Origin: Girardia tigrina
Taxonomy: Eukaryota
NCBI GenBank assembly: GCA_001938485.1
Contig: MQRK01252387.1
Span: 1-60,779 of the forward strand
Direction: 5' to 3'
DNA: 60,779 bases
In this document: in pieces, positions 1-12,500 of the stretch
Layout of the letters: the number at the start of each line of letters is the position of its first letter
How positions within the stretch are numbered: position 1 is the stretch's first letter
Notes under the pieces: model-generated
Databases searched by the model: none
Told to the model about the DNA's origin: nothing
The model's input: only the letters and a program-made list of their open reading frames with translations
Translations under genes and position numbers: made by a program

Positions 1-809
1 TTGTCATAATAAAATTGTCGAAAATCATTTTAGTGTTCTTAATACCAAAACTTACAAAAATGTATTTATCGTTTTTGGTTTAATTAAAATTATTAATTTA
101 TTTATGATAAAAATCATAAATTTGTATTATTTCAGCAATTGTTTTTAATGAATAGTCCCAAAATATTTACCTGTCATATGAAATTTTGGCGTAGTTTTCT
201 ATATATTTTAATTATAAAAACTTTTCTCTACTGAAGCAATTTTTACTGTTGATGTTAATAACTATTTCCAATCAATTGCAAATTCTGAATACGCAGCTGT
301 CTTAATCAATTTAGAAAATGAAATTTAGATCTTCTTGAGATAATATATGCTTCTGGCAAAGAAACTTTTTATCAACTACTTGTATATTAAAGATTGACTG
401 AGCTTTTTCAAAAGATTAACGTCAGTTTGAAACCTTGAAAATCATTTTTAAATGGTCAGAAATCGAAGACTATAAACTATATATATAAATTGTTTTATTA
501 AGAGTTGTCCAAAAATGACGTCACTCGATTTTAGCAGATTTCCAATCCCCTCCCCTCATCACATTTCGTTACAAAAAGCCCGACCCCCAATTAAATATGA
601 CGTCACAAAACTCTGACCCCTTACTTACATTTTGTTTTTGTTTTCGTAACATGCTAAAAAATTTATAATATTTTTCACAAAAATGTTAGCCATTACACAT
701 ATATGTATAGCCTTCGTTTTTTAAGATTTTATGTTTTTTCATCAGTAAACTTTGTGATAAAACCTGATAAACAGACTAATAATTTGGGGGATTGAAGCAC
801 GTGCATCGT

Positions 810-965
810 TTAGTGTTGTCGTCGAGTCACTATATGTTTTACGGGTCACGAGTCGAGTCACTTAACATATTTTACGAGTCAAATGAAAAGGTATACTCAG
901 GCCACTTTTCATATTTTACATTTCACGAGTCGAGACAATAAATATTTACTAGTACTAAGTCAAAT
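810..965. repeat. hAT-type MITE end with CGAGTC subterminal repeats
   Basis: TAGTGTTGTCGTCGAGTCAC followed by repeated CGAGTC(GAG). Confidence 0.45.
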
Positions 966-2689
966 CATAAAATATTTTATGAAGATAAGTATGACTGTAT
1001 TGTTCCTTATAATTATTCATTAATTATTAGTAATTTTTAATTTTTTAATTTTTTATCACATAGAATAATTTTGATGTCATTAGAATATAAAATATAATAT
1101 CATAATTTTAGTTAAAATAATTAATCATTAGTAAGTACTGTAATATATTTTATTTGTTCAATTTAAATCTCATTAAAAATCTTACAAATAAATCCAGAAT
1201 AATGTATTCAATAGATGATATATTATTGTCGTATTGAAACGTAAATGATTATATTTTGTTTATTTAACTATCAAAAAATAAATGAATAATGTACCTCAAA
1301 AAACTAATAACAACAATCAGACTTCTAAAATAAAATAATTAACTTATATTTCGTCAAACTTATTGCAGTCATAAATCTTTTTCCTTCTTATATGAAATTA
1401 TAAATATAATTATCAGCCTGAATTCTTTCCGGGAGGATGTCTACAACAATTTTCCAAAGTTTTATCGCAGTTAGTGTGATAGTTTTTGAGCCTGTCACGT
1501 ATTTTAAAGATCAGTATTAATTGTGACTTATTAGACCAGTATTAAAAGTCACAATTAGAAAATTTATTTTTATAATACACTAGTAAATCATCTATGCCCT
1601 TGAAGAAATAGTTTTTGATTTTTTCGTAAAGCTATTAGACACAAATTTACTGTAGACGTTATTATTGTAATTTCCATCTTTATAATTAAGAACTCCATTG
1701 AAGAAGAAGCACAAATATTCAGCCACCAAAATGTCCGTGCTAAATTCAGCATAATTATATTGAAAAGCATAAAACTTTATCATATAAATCGTCGATAAGC
1801 ATTTCCTCTTTTGTTTGTGAAAATTATCGTCTTTTTTAACACATTATAAAAAATATTTTTCTCCAAAAAGAATTATTTGCTTTTTGAATATTTGAGTTTG
1901 TTGAGTGTAGATCCTGGGGGGTCCAGACAGCTGCAATTGAATAATTGAGTGCAGTTGCTTCTTTTCATGCTCCTCTACTTTAACAGTAATCTAAATTATA
2001 TTTTAACTAAGTTTTTGTTCTAACTAACTTGAAAAGAAACATTTTTAATTTTAAATGTTATATAATGTTAATTATTTTAATTATTTTACAGAATGTTCAA
2101 AATCCATGTATGGTTTTATATTTACAAAATAAAGCTCTTCATCTAAAATTTGCAGTCTTTTTTTTGATTCAAATCACCTACGATATACGATTTTATACAA
2201 ATTTCCTTATATTCCCAATAGCCAACTTCAACTGTCTTCGTCGGTTACATAAAAATACGTTAATCAAGAATTCCTAAAAAGACTCATTTGAGAGTCTCAT
2301 TATATTTATAATAATTACACAGATTTATTTTTGAACATATTTAATATTTTATATGAAATACTATTTTAAGTTATTTGATTATTGCTTCAATTTAAAAACT
2401 ATCAAATCCTTTCCTTTGAAGTACCTCTAAGTAATATGTTGTCTTGTTTTTACTTTCTAAGAAAACAGAAATTTAAAGCAAGACATTTTATTAAAAAAAG
2501 CAAATGGTACATAGTTGGAATATAATATGTCGAATCTGTGAATCTAATATTATGTATATTCTTAAATTGAGTGAGATAAATTTTGGTTTTCGGAGTTTGA
2601 CAATGAGAGGAAAGGGTGATAGTCAGACGATGAAAAATTTGGAGAGTAAGAAAAGTGAACCAAGGTACATCATCCCAACTCTTGGAAGA

Positions 2690-3330
2690 CATTTGTAGTC
2701 AAATTGACAACACAGATGTTATTGTGCTACAAAATCCTGATTTTTTGTCTGCTAGGGATGTATTGCTCTACCACCATGGAAACTTGTCTTAACTCGTTCC
2801 AATAAACATAAGCATTATTTTTTTGTGTTTTCTGGTAGCCATTTTGAATGAACTATATCCAATCTTTCGGACATTGTATGAAATGAACAAAATATTTTGT
2901 TGGGGAGAGGGTTTTTGCATCTTTTTCTTCATTCAGCTCTTTCTTGGCTTGAAAAAGACATAAATCCTTCTTTTTCGTCAATTGTTCCGAAAACAAACAA
3001 ACGTGGTGTTGGACGATTTTTATTTTTGATTTTTGTTTGTTTGTGTCAATTTGTATGGAAGCCAATTGTTAAGTTTTGTCGGAGATCCAGTGAATCTAAC
3101 ATTCTTGAGATTTTTTAGCAGACCACTGATGTTTGTCCGCAAACTTGGTGGCTGTACTTTTTCAGAAGTCTGAGGAATCTTACTTCGTTAAACATGACAT
3201 TTCTACCCTACCTTGGTGCATCTGTGATGCCAACATCTAAGATTTTGAACGGGGAAAAGCATTTCTGAGCAGTTATTAGTGCATAAAACTTGTTATTGTT
3301 ATTAGATGATTTTTCGACATTTACAATTTT
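2690..3330 (-). mobile_element. Decayed mariner fragment
   Basis: DAPR.GR motif, degenerate TPRL and post-catalytic residues; many stops; boundaries approximate. Confidence 0.5.
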
Positions 3331-4771
3331 TCTATATAATAAAGAAAAGAGAAATATTGAAATAAAAGGTTGAAAGAACAACAGACAAAACGTACAAGTT
3401 CTTTTGTTGGAGATATTTAAAGAAATAAATTAAAAGAAGCAATTGGAACTTTTAAAAAATATAAAAACAATATATTATAAATAGGAAAAAATTTCCACAA
3501 AAGAATTAAATGTAGAAGTAATATTAGCGATAATTTAACAAAACAATTTTCGACTTATTTTAAAGTAAATTGTCTCCTTTAATGAGACGAAGTCAACGGA
3601 AATAGATATTCTAGAAATGTTGTTTTTTAATTGTACAATTGAACGTGATTTTATTTTAATGATTTTTTACTATGGTTTTAAAATATTCATTTATTTATTT
3701 ATTTTGAAAATGCAAGTTAAATATAAATAAATTGATATTCTACACTCTTTACCACCTGAGTGATGAGGATTCAAATTGTGAGAACGATTTATTTTAATTG
3801 AAGAACTTAATTTTTATTTAAAGATTATCCGGGCAAACAATTTTAATTACACAGGAAAATCCCTAAAGCAAATTGTTATATCTAATGCTCAATGAATGAT
3901 GGATCAGTTTTGTCTCAAACTTCATTTTGTCAAATTAATTCTTTTGTTTTTTGATAAGACTTGAAACTTAAAATCAGATTTGTCAGACCAACATTTATTA
4001 TTTGGTCTCCATAGAAAACTGTTGAATGGAGAGAAAAATATTTTAAATAATATAAATTTGATGCATTGACATAGAAAATAATAAAAAATGATTTCAACTT
4101 TAATACCCTTCAAGCTTAAGGTTACTTCTGTAGGTTAATAAAAGAAAGGTTAAACAATTTCTGATTATTTATCATTAAATATTGTCTATACTTAGGCTTT
4201 TCCTGTTAGGATTATTATGATTATAATTATTTGTTTAACGAAAAATTATATGAGTGATTACTGTTGTTTGTGTAAAGTTTTCCCTTATATTAATAATATA
4301 AATAATAAAATCAAATAAATTTAATTAATTAAATAAATAAAATAATCAGCAATTATATAATTAAATAATTAAAAGAAAAAGTTTTAAAAACTTAATAACT
4401 GAAAAAAAGTAATATAAAAAATAATTAATGAAAAAAAGAGTTATAATCACACCATATTGTGTGATTGATTTAAAAATCAAGTTGTTAAGTAGGTAAGGAA
4501 AGACGAGTTCTGATTGGCTGGCCAATCAGAGCCGTTGTGGGATATGATTTTTTAAAGATTTTTTTGTATTGGTTTTTTGTTTGGAACTCGAAATTTCTGT
4601 CATTTTTGTGATTGTGATTACATTTCGTGAAATCGTGAATAGATTTGTTTAATTGTGCACTTGGTGGAATTTGAAACATTTGAACTTTCGTGAATTTTGA
4701 AGTTTAGAATGGATTACATGTATAACACGTATGAAAAATAAATAAAAAATTTTAACTTTAATAGTATAAAA

Positions 4772-5895
4772 CAGGGTGACCAGACAAAGTAGCGCCAAAT
4801 TTCCTGACAAAATAGCACCGACTATTGTCTTTTTATTTTCATTTAAAAAGTGAAAAATAACTTCCGATATCAATTATAGAACAATCAACCTCTAACTTTA
4901 TAAAAAAATATAAAATAAAGGCAAGTTCATTGATTCAGAAAGGTAGTAAGCCTATTAAATTTGCGGTCTGTTCCCAAATTTTAACTATGATCCCGTGGTA
5001 GCCAAAAAATGCAATTGTTGCCCTTGGACTGCATTGTGAGTCACCGAGTTCAGTCTGCTCCTGAATTTCACAGACCAGGGTGCAACCGCTGGTGTTTCTG
5101 TTCACTTGCCAGAACACCATACCATACACTTGCACCATGGTGACTCACCGCTCGCCACCCGTCCCGTCTGAGCACTCCCTGTCACCTTTGCTGTCCTGGT
5201 GTCTCTCGAGCCCCGCACACACCGCCAGCTTGATCAACACTTAATTTTTTATCATCTCCGGCACGACCACCAGCAGCTTTTTCACGTCGCGCGAGAAGTG
5301 CGAATCTAGCAGGCCGTCCTTGACATTGCACGCGCTCACCGCCACCTTGCAAAAGAGTAAGCTAGCTTCACGGTACATTTCGCTCTCCGACTTTTGATCT
5401 TCCAAGACCCGCCTCTCGATTATTTCCGTGTCAGCCTGGTCCTCAAACATGATCCTGTCGCCATGTTTCTATGTTTGCTCTTAAAATTGTCGCAAAACCT
5501 TGGTGCTTTGGCCGCACACACTCGCTGCCCGAGTCCAAGCCGGTTAGGCACGAGCGCTATCAATGCCCCTCCGTCCACGCTCTCTACCACCTGCACGAAT
5601 GGCCCTTTAGATTCTCTCCGAGAACCGAATTTACGCGTCCAGGAACTCGAACCTAGCGGCCCTATCTACTCTGACAAAATACGGCGAGATGCATCCACGA
5701 TCGAACCCCATCAGCGGAGCGTCCTAGGGTCCCCGACTGTCATTGGAAACTGATCGAATTTGCGTCCATGTAGATCTTCCCCCGTCAGTACATATAATAT
5801 ACAACAAATAATATACAAAGCCAAAATTTTAATAATTGATAAATATTGGCGCTATTCTGTCGGGATATTTGGCACTATTTTGTCGGGGAACCATA
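4772..5895. mobile_element. hAT-like imperfect inverted termini enclosing a GC-rich decayed Gypsy pol fragment (minus strand)
   Basis: CAGGGTGACCAGACAAAGTAGCGCCAAAT vs ATTTGGCACTATTTTGTCGGGGAACCATA; interior VKDGLL...LVVVPEM..N*VL resembles the integrase H2C2 region; no TSD found. Confidence 0.5.
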
Positions 5896-6526
5896 AAACA
5901 GTCATTGTAGTTAAAGAAGGAGAAATTTTTTATTGCAATAAAACGAAATCTTTTTTATAGAAATAAGTATAATTTTTTTTCGAAGTTATAGGAACCGTCA
6001 TTTTATCATTTTTGAAATTTAAAATAAAAACTGCTTTGGCCGACTGAAAACAGATCTTTAGGTAAAAACTAATTAAGAAAAGAAATTTAATTTTTAAATT
6101 GATTATCGATTCTTGTTTTTTAGTATTAAGAGCATTGAGTTTAAAACAACTTCCAGTTTTTTTGTTGATGCTAGATGTTTGGGGGTCATCAGAGACAGGC
6201 GTTTAGATATTCGTTTATTTCTTGATTTTAATAATAATAATCGTTCGTAAAGACTGTAAAGAGTGTAATGACTGTTATTTTTTACAAACCACCTGAATTG
6301 GAAGCTTTTAACATCCTTGATAAAGTTCACAAGTTGACCTTCAGTAGAGTTACATTATCAATTTGAAGTTTTTTCATACATATTTTGTATTGATAAGGTT
6401 GTCTAAACGCCAAAATGATGTAAATAAAAACATTTATATTTTATTATATAAATATAAAATTGAAATAATTAGTGTTGTTATTATGATGAATATTTAATAA
6501 AAAAATTATTTTTATTAATATTATAG

Positions 6527-6576
6527 GCTACTTTGGTCATATTCACGCAATGGGGGCTGTTTCAAACATCATTGAC
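6527..6576 (+). CDS. CACNA2D: alpha2delta exon, end of VWA region: (G)YFGHIHAMGAVSNIID
   Basis: ttatag|GC TAC...GAC|gtaagt; matches the GYY.EI...GAI motif. Confidence 0.85.
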
Positions 6577-9500
6577 GTAAGTTTATATAACTTTATTTCT
6601 TTTAAAATATTTGTCTATCTATTATTATTTATGTGTTCAATTTGTGCAGAAATATTCTGTATCAGTCCATAGACACGAGATTCATCGAGGATGTAAACTC
6701 GAAGAATCTGAATTCAGATTAGGTTTAATATTTGTAAATGAGGATGAGCTTCAAAATCCGGAAGACTTCCCACATCCGGTAGGGTTTAGAATACTGTTTC
6801 ATACAATGATTGCCTGGAATTTGATAAATTGTACGGAAATATTTTACTATTTGCCTGTAAATGCATGTGTATACTACCACAATAGTAACGGATATTCATT
6901 TATATACTATATTTTCTCAATCATTTGATATTGTGTTTTTATCATTGAATTATAACTCAAAAACATTTTCATATATGTTAGAAGAAATGAAAAAAATACA
7001 TCCAAATAATAATTTCTTATTACAAAATTCACACGAGACTGAAAATATGAATAATTTTATAGATTTAGACAAATAAAATACAAATATATTATACTAACTT
7101 TATTAACAAAACAAGATTAGTAATTTGCCAAGATCGGACATGGTCAGATAGTATTCGGTACAGTTTGCTGCCGAGCACGGGTTGCCACATCGGTGTTTAG
7201 TGCATGTGAACTGAACATGGAAGTGATTTCAAAGTATCTCTCAACACAAGTGTCAGCACAGTGGTAGAGAGTTTGAGACAAAGATGGTAGAACCAGTTTT
7301 GAATACAAAAACAACCATGAAATCAAAATTAGGTCTTACAGTACAGTTTCTATCAACAGCCCATCTCCGCCGTAAATCATACCAAATAGAGACGATACAG
7401 CTTGTCTCCAGCAAAAGTTCACATTTATCACAGGCTCTCAGAATCATGTTCATGAACAATCACACTCTCCTGGAACATGCGGGTGTCTCTTGGATTTTAC
7501 CGAGGATCTTTAAATTTGGACAGATTGGGCACATCTCTGGCATCATCGAGAATCGTCCACATTCAATCGGAATACTTATGTTGGACAGTATTGAATGTTG
7601 AACCGATGCCTTAAAAACGAATGCTTTGTCTCTTGCGGAGAGGAACATGGATTTTAGTCGCTGGATATTGTCAGCGATCCATGTACCTTGAGCTCCTAAA
7701 AATGTAAATTATAACACTGTATGATTTTGATACTTGGCTTTAATAGCCACGCGGAGTTGGTCTCACTTGGTTACATGTTTTAAATTTTAAAGATTTTAAC
7801 CAAATAGCATTTTCATATTTACCAATAATAAAGAATTTTCAAAGAAAAATGGAAAAGAGAATGAAATTTGAAATATAAATCAAAATACTTAACTTTATGT
7901 TAAAGGAAGATTATCCTCCATTCAGATCCCATACCCTAATCGCTTTAATTAAGTTGGTGAGCACTGAAAAAGAATGTTTTATTTATTACTTATTTAATGG
8001 ATAATCAATAGATAAAACAACATTCTTTACTTAAGCTCTTTGTTTTTAATGGGACAATAAGTTCAGTTAGAAAAAAATTTCCTATTTAAATATTTTTAAT
8101 CTTTATTTTTATGCTACTTGGTTTTATAATTGCTCATTAGTTTATCATTAGGACTCAACAAAATTACGTACAATCAAAAAGTTGTCTAAGAGTATATTTT
8201 TATTTTTAGTAAATCGAAAACCAACGTTATAAGAATATAAATAATTATATAGAAATATAAATTATTAAATGATATATAAATAATTAAATGAAATATTCAG
8301 TAAGCATATTTATCTTCTATTTAAAAATCCTAATGCTAATTAGTGAAGCCTATGAAGAGAAAACAGCAATAAAAATTACATTAAAATCGTTTGACAAACA
8401 GAAATGTAAAAACGTTTTAGATGGTTAAAAATTATTCATTTAAAATTGCAGAAAAAGTTTACAATAAAAAACAATTAATGTCACAAAATATTAAATTTTA
8501 ATGTCACTTTCAATATATTTTGTTAAATTAAACTATTGTACTGTTTTATCCAATAAATTCGTTATTGTGTAATCACGTCTCGTAATTATTTATTACTAAT
8601 TACCCTTATTCGCTTCTATGAGGCTGTCCATAAATGTCGTCACGTAATTTTAGCAGATTTCCAACGCCCCTTCCCCTCACCATATTTCAACATAAAAATC
8701 ATGACTCCCCATTAAATATGACGTCATGAAGCTCTGACCCCCCCTTACATTTTCCTTTTCTCTAATTCAGAGTCTATGGTAATGAAACGACTTCAACGTG
8801 AAAGTCGTCCTGTGGCATTATCAATCCAATAAGTTCTTTACTGAAAGCGCCATTTCTCTCGACCCTATTATGAGGTTGTTTAAAAAATAATGTCGTTTTC
8901 AACCATAATCTTTAAAGACAAATATCTCAGCGTAGAATCAAATGTATTAATCGAAATAAAAACCGTTAGCAGAAATACACTTTTGCCAACGTTGCATATG
9001 TTTATTTATTCTGGTTGCATAAAATTCTGACATTCTGGAGGCGATTAAATCGTAGAAGGCAGTTTTAGCATCCCCTTGATTTTTCAAGTATTTCTCTTGG
9101 AGGAAAATGTTAAGATATTTGAAAATGTGATAATCAGCAGACGAGAGGTCAGGTGAGTATGGTGGATGACTTCAAATTTCGTAGCCAAGTTCGTTCAACA
9201 GTTGCATTGTCAGACGTGGGATGTGTTGCCGAGCGTTTCGTGGTGAAGAATAGGCCCCTTCCTATTTACTAATGTTGGTTGTTGTTATTGTTAGAGTTTT
9301 TGGTTCATTTTAAACAATTTCCTGACAGTATCTCTCTGCCGTAATTGTTTCTCCTGGATTAGGATGCTATAATGAATAACACCGGCTGCAGACCACAAAA
9401 TAGTCACTATCATCTTTTTTTGGTACAATTTCGGCCTCGGAAAGGGTTGCGGAGCTTGATCGTGGTCCGACCATTGAGAAGAACGTCTCCGATTGTCGTT

Positions 9501-12500
9501 GAGAATCCACTTTTCATCACACGTTACAATTCGATCCAGAAACGGATCATTCTTGTTCCGCAGAAGAAGTGAAGATGATGCCTTAAAACGACGCATTTTT
9601 GATTGTCATTTAATTCGTATGGAATCCATTTATCCAGTTTTTTCGACTTCCCAATGTCATGCAGATGGTTTGAAATTGTTCCTATCGTGACGCCTAGTTC
9701 CTCCGCAAGCTCTCGAACTGTTGTGCGTGGATTTGCCTCTACTAGAGCCTTCAAATTTTCATTTTCAATAGCAAGCTTCCGTCCACGGCTATCATCATCT
9801 TCGAGGGTCTCATCTTCTTCTTGAAATTTTTGAACCAACGTTGTAACATACGTTTGTTTGTAGTTCCATCGCCCAATGCACCGTTGATATTACGGGTGGC
9901 CTCCGATGATTTGTGGCCAAGTTTGAATTCATATAAAAAATTACTCGTAATTGCGCTTTTTAAATAAACACGTTATTTTATAGTTAATATTTAAACAAAG
10001 TATCATAGAAATATAGATGTATTCATAAGCTTTAAAGTTATGTATAAAACATAAATAAATGATAAATGTTTATTTCAAAACATGATCAAAAATCAGGACC
10101 ATTCAAAAAACGACATTATTTTGTAAACAACCTAATAAATGTACTTCTTCCCGGAGCATTGGTAGCGACGAATAAAGCGTCGAAATCTAGCTTAAGAAAA
10201 TGGTGGACTGCAACAGTAACCATCTTTTGATATCTCAGATTCTCATTTCGGACAATTTTCACAAAAGTGTAAGCCGTAGTTAGTATATTTTTTGGCTTCG
10301 TTTTTTAAAAAAGATGTTAATTTTTTGTAGTGCTAAAAATTATTTTTCATAATTTTTTCCCAAGAATGTTGCCATTATATTTAATTTAATTTAATTTAAT
10401 TTAAACACACGTCTCAGGTGCAATTTAAATTAAATGCAAGCGCGTTTCCAATCGAAATCAGAAAAGGCTCCATATTTCAGCGGTTTTAAATCTGCCTTTG
10501 TCGCGCTGACGGCAAAGAGTTGTGCTCTCCAAGAGAGTCAACTAGNNNNNNNNNNNNNNNNNNNNNNNNNNNNNNNNNNNNNNNNNNNNNNNNNNGCGCA
10601 TAGTTCGATGTTTCGCCTACCCACTCTGGTAGCATATGCAGCGATGTCGTCGTCATTCCATCCAATGGCGGCGAGGAGGAAATTGTTGGTGTAGTGCCAT
10701 CGGCCGAGGCTACCTACGACGAAAGGGAAGATGTTTACTTCGGCTTTTCCTTTGGATTGTATGAGATCAAGTTGGGCGTCTAGGTATTTTTCACAAGCTC
10801 GATCGAAGGCGTAGTTGAAAGTGTCTTCCGCGTCCCAGGGGCTTTTGACCTCGATGATCCAAGCGTCACGACCAAAATCAACAAGGATGTCAAAGTTGAA
10901 GAGTTTTCCGTCGGGTATAGTGTGTCTATGTTCGGTTTCTACAGTACAGCTATTGCCGAATCTTTTGCGAATATATTTGGCCAATTCCATTTTGATTTTG
11001 TCGTGTTTCATGGTGCAAAAAGGAAGGGAGTAGTTACATCCGTTAATGATGTGCATTGGAGTCTCGAAAAAATGCGACAGGGATGTATACATACATGTAT
11101 GACGTCATTTATGGACATCCCCTATATAGAAAATATTCGTTTTTATATGCTTTAATCAAAAACAACAATCCCCGCTCATTTCCTTGTTTATACCGCGCAA
11201 GTAATGTGTTAGGCATAATTATGAGTAATGTTATAATTATGAAGGAATTGCCGGAACTGAACAAAACAATAAATGTGAAACTTTACTTCCAACAAAGACA
11301 ATGACTCAGAATGTCAAGAAGCGGAAACGACCTAATTGAAAACATTAACTTCTTCTGCATCACGGTAATACCATCGTATTTTCTCTATTTGACGTCCTCA
11401 GATTTTAATTTCTTTTAATCACTTTCAAATTTTATTCGCGACTTTTCTTTTAATACTGATGCATATTTAATTACTTGGTTAATCGAATTATTTGTGTTGA
11501 GAACTGTCGATTTCTAACGCTGAGGTATAAAGCCGTCAATGAAATTGTAGAACTAAAGTCAAAGTTTATTGATAATTTATCAATACAAATATTTATGTCA
11601 TTCCTCAAAGTATGCACCCATATTATCGACAAACTTTTGCCATTTTTACGGCATTTTTGGAATTGAATTTTTTTATTGTCGAAACGCTTCATTTCATGAA
11701 TCTTGTGCTGTCAACTTTCTTTTGGTGCTTTATTTATGTCTACAGGGTTAGCTGAATGTTTGCAATTATATATATTGGATCCACTTTTCATTACAAGTGA
11801 CGATTCGATTTCAAAAGTGATCAAATTTATAACAAACAGCATCATCAAGCAAGCATCCAAACGCATTTTTTTCTGCTTTTCATTCAAAAAATGTGGAATC
11901 CAGTTATCCTACTTTTTCACTTTACCATTTTGAACTAAGAGATAGATACGACTCCACAGTTAGATTCAGTTCGTTATTGTCTTTCACGAATTTCTTGAAT
12001 CAATTTAAGACCGTCTGCCTCTTACATGGTATCTGAATACACTATTGATTTTTCGCGTGGTTTCTGATGCTGAGGTTCCACATTGGTACTCCTACTTTAT
12101 AATAGTTCGAATTTCTATCTTTTCCATTTTTAAATACTGACTAATAAAACAAGTTATAATAATTTTATTTAATTTTTATTGTGGTGTTCACTAGGTATTA
12201 TGTGTAATCGAATTTATAGTAATCATGTCTACAAATTTCATACTTGACAATCTAATAACAACAACAGAGAGAACATATATGATTATTTTATTATTTGTTG
12301 TACAGTAAAAATAAATTTGTTTAAATATAAAAAACTGACATGGCCTACTAACCTTCCTAATACATCTACAATCTCAAGTCGTTCCCCTTTTACAGAAAAT
12401 ACTTTAAACGAAAAGTAAAATAAATTAACGTATATTTTGTTTTAATTGCAACATTTATTAGGACGTGTCCACAGTGCTCAGTCATACGATGGTGTTCAAT

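Larger units (their letters stand above)
8620..11122. mobile_element. PIF/Harbinger-type non-autonomous element containing nested mariner and RLE retrotransposon
   Basis: Termini GAGGCTGTCCATAAATGTCGTCA / TGACGTCATTTATGGACATCCCC, flanked by TAT on both sides; related single ends at about 501-630 (+) and 21330-21473 (-). Confidence 0.6.

Noticed and set aside
2090-2277. Possible upstream alpha2delta exon(s) after ttttacag / tttgcag
   Set aside because: Translations do not match the expected VRVFT...MAC motif and splice phases are not convincing.
5394-5753. 119-aa plus-strand ORF
   Set aside because: Appears to be the antisense shadow of a GC-rich decayed retroelement; no recognisable motif.
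10140-10380. Spliced-leader or U2 snRNA target next to the RLE element
   Set aside because: No Sm site, SL or U2 sequence recognisable.
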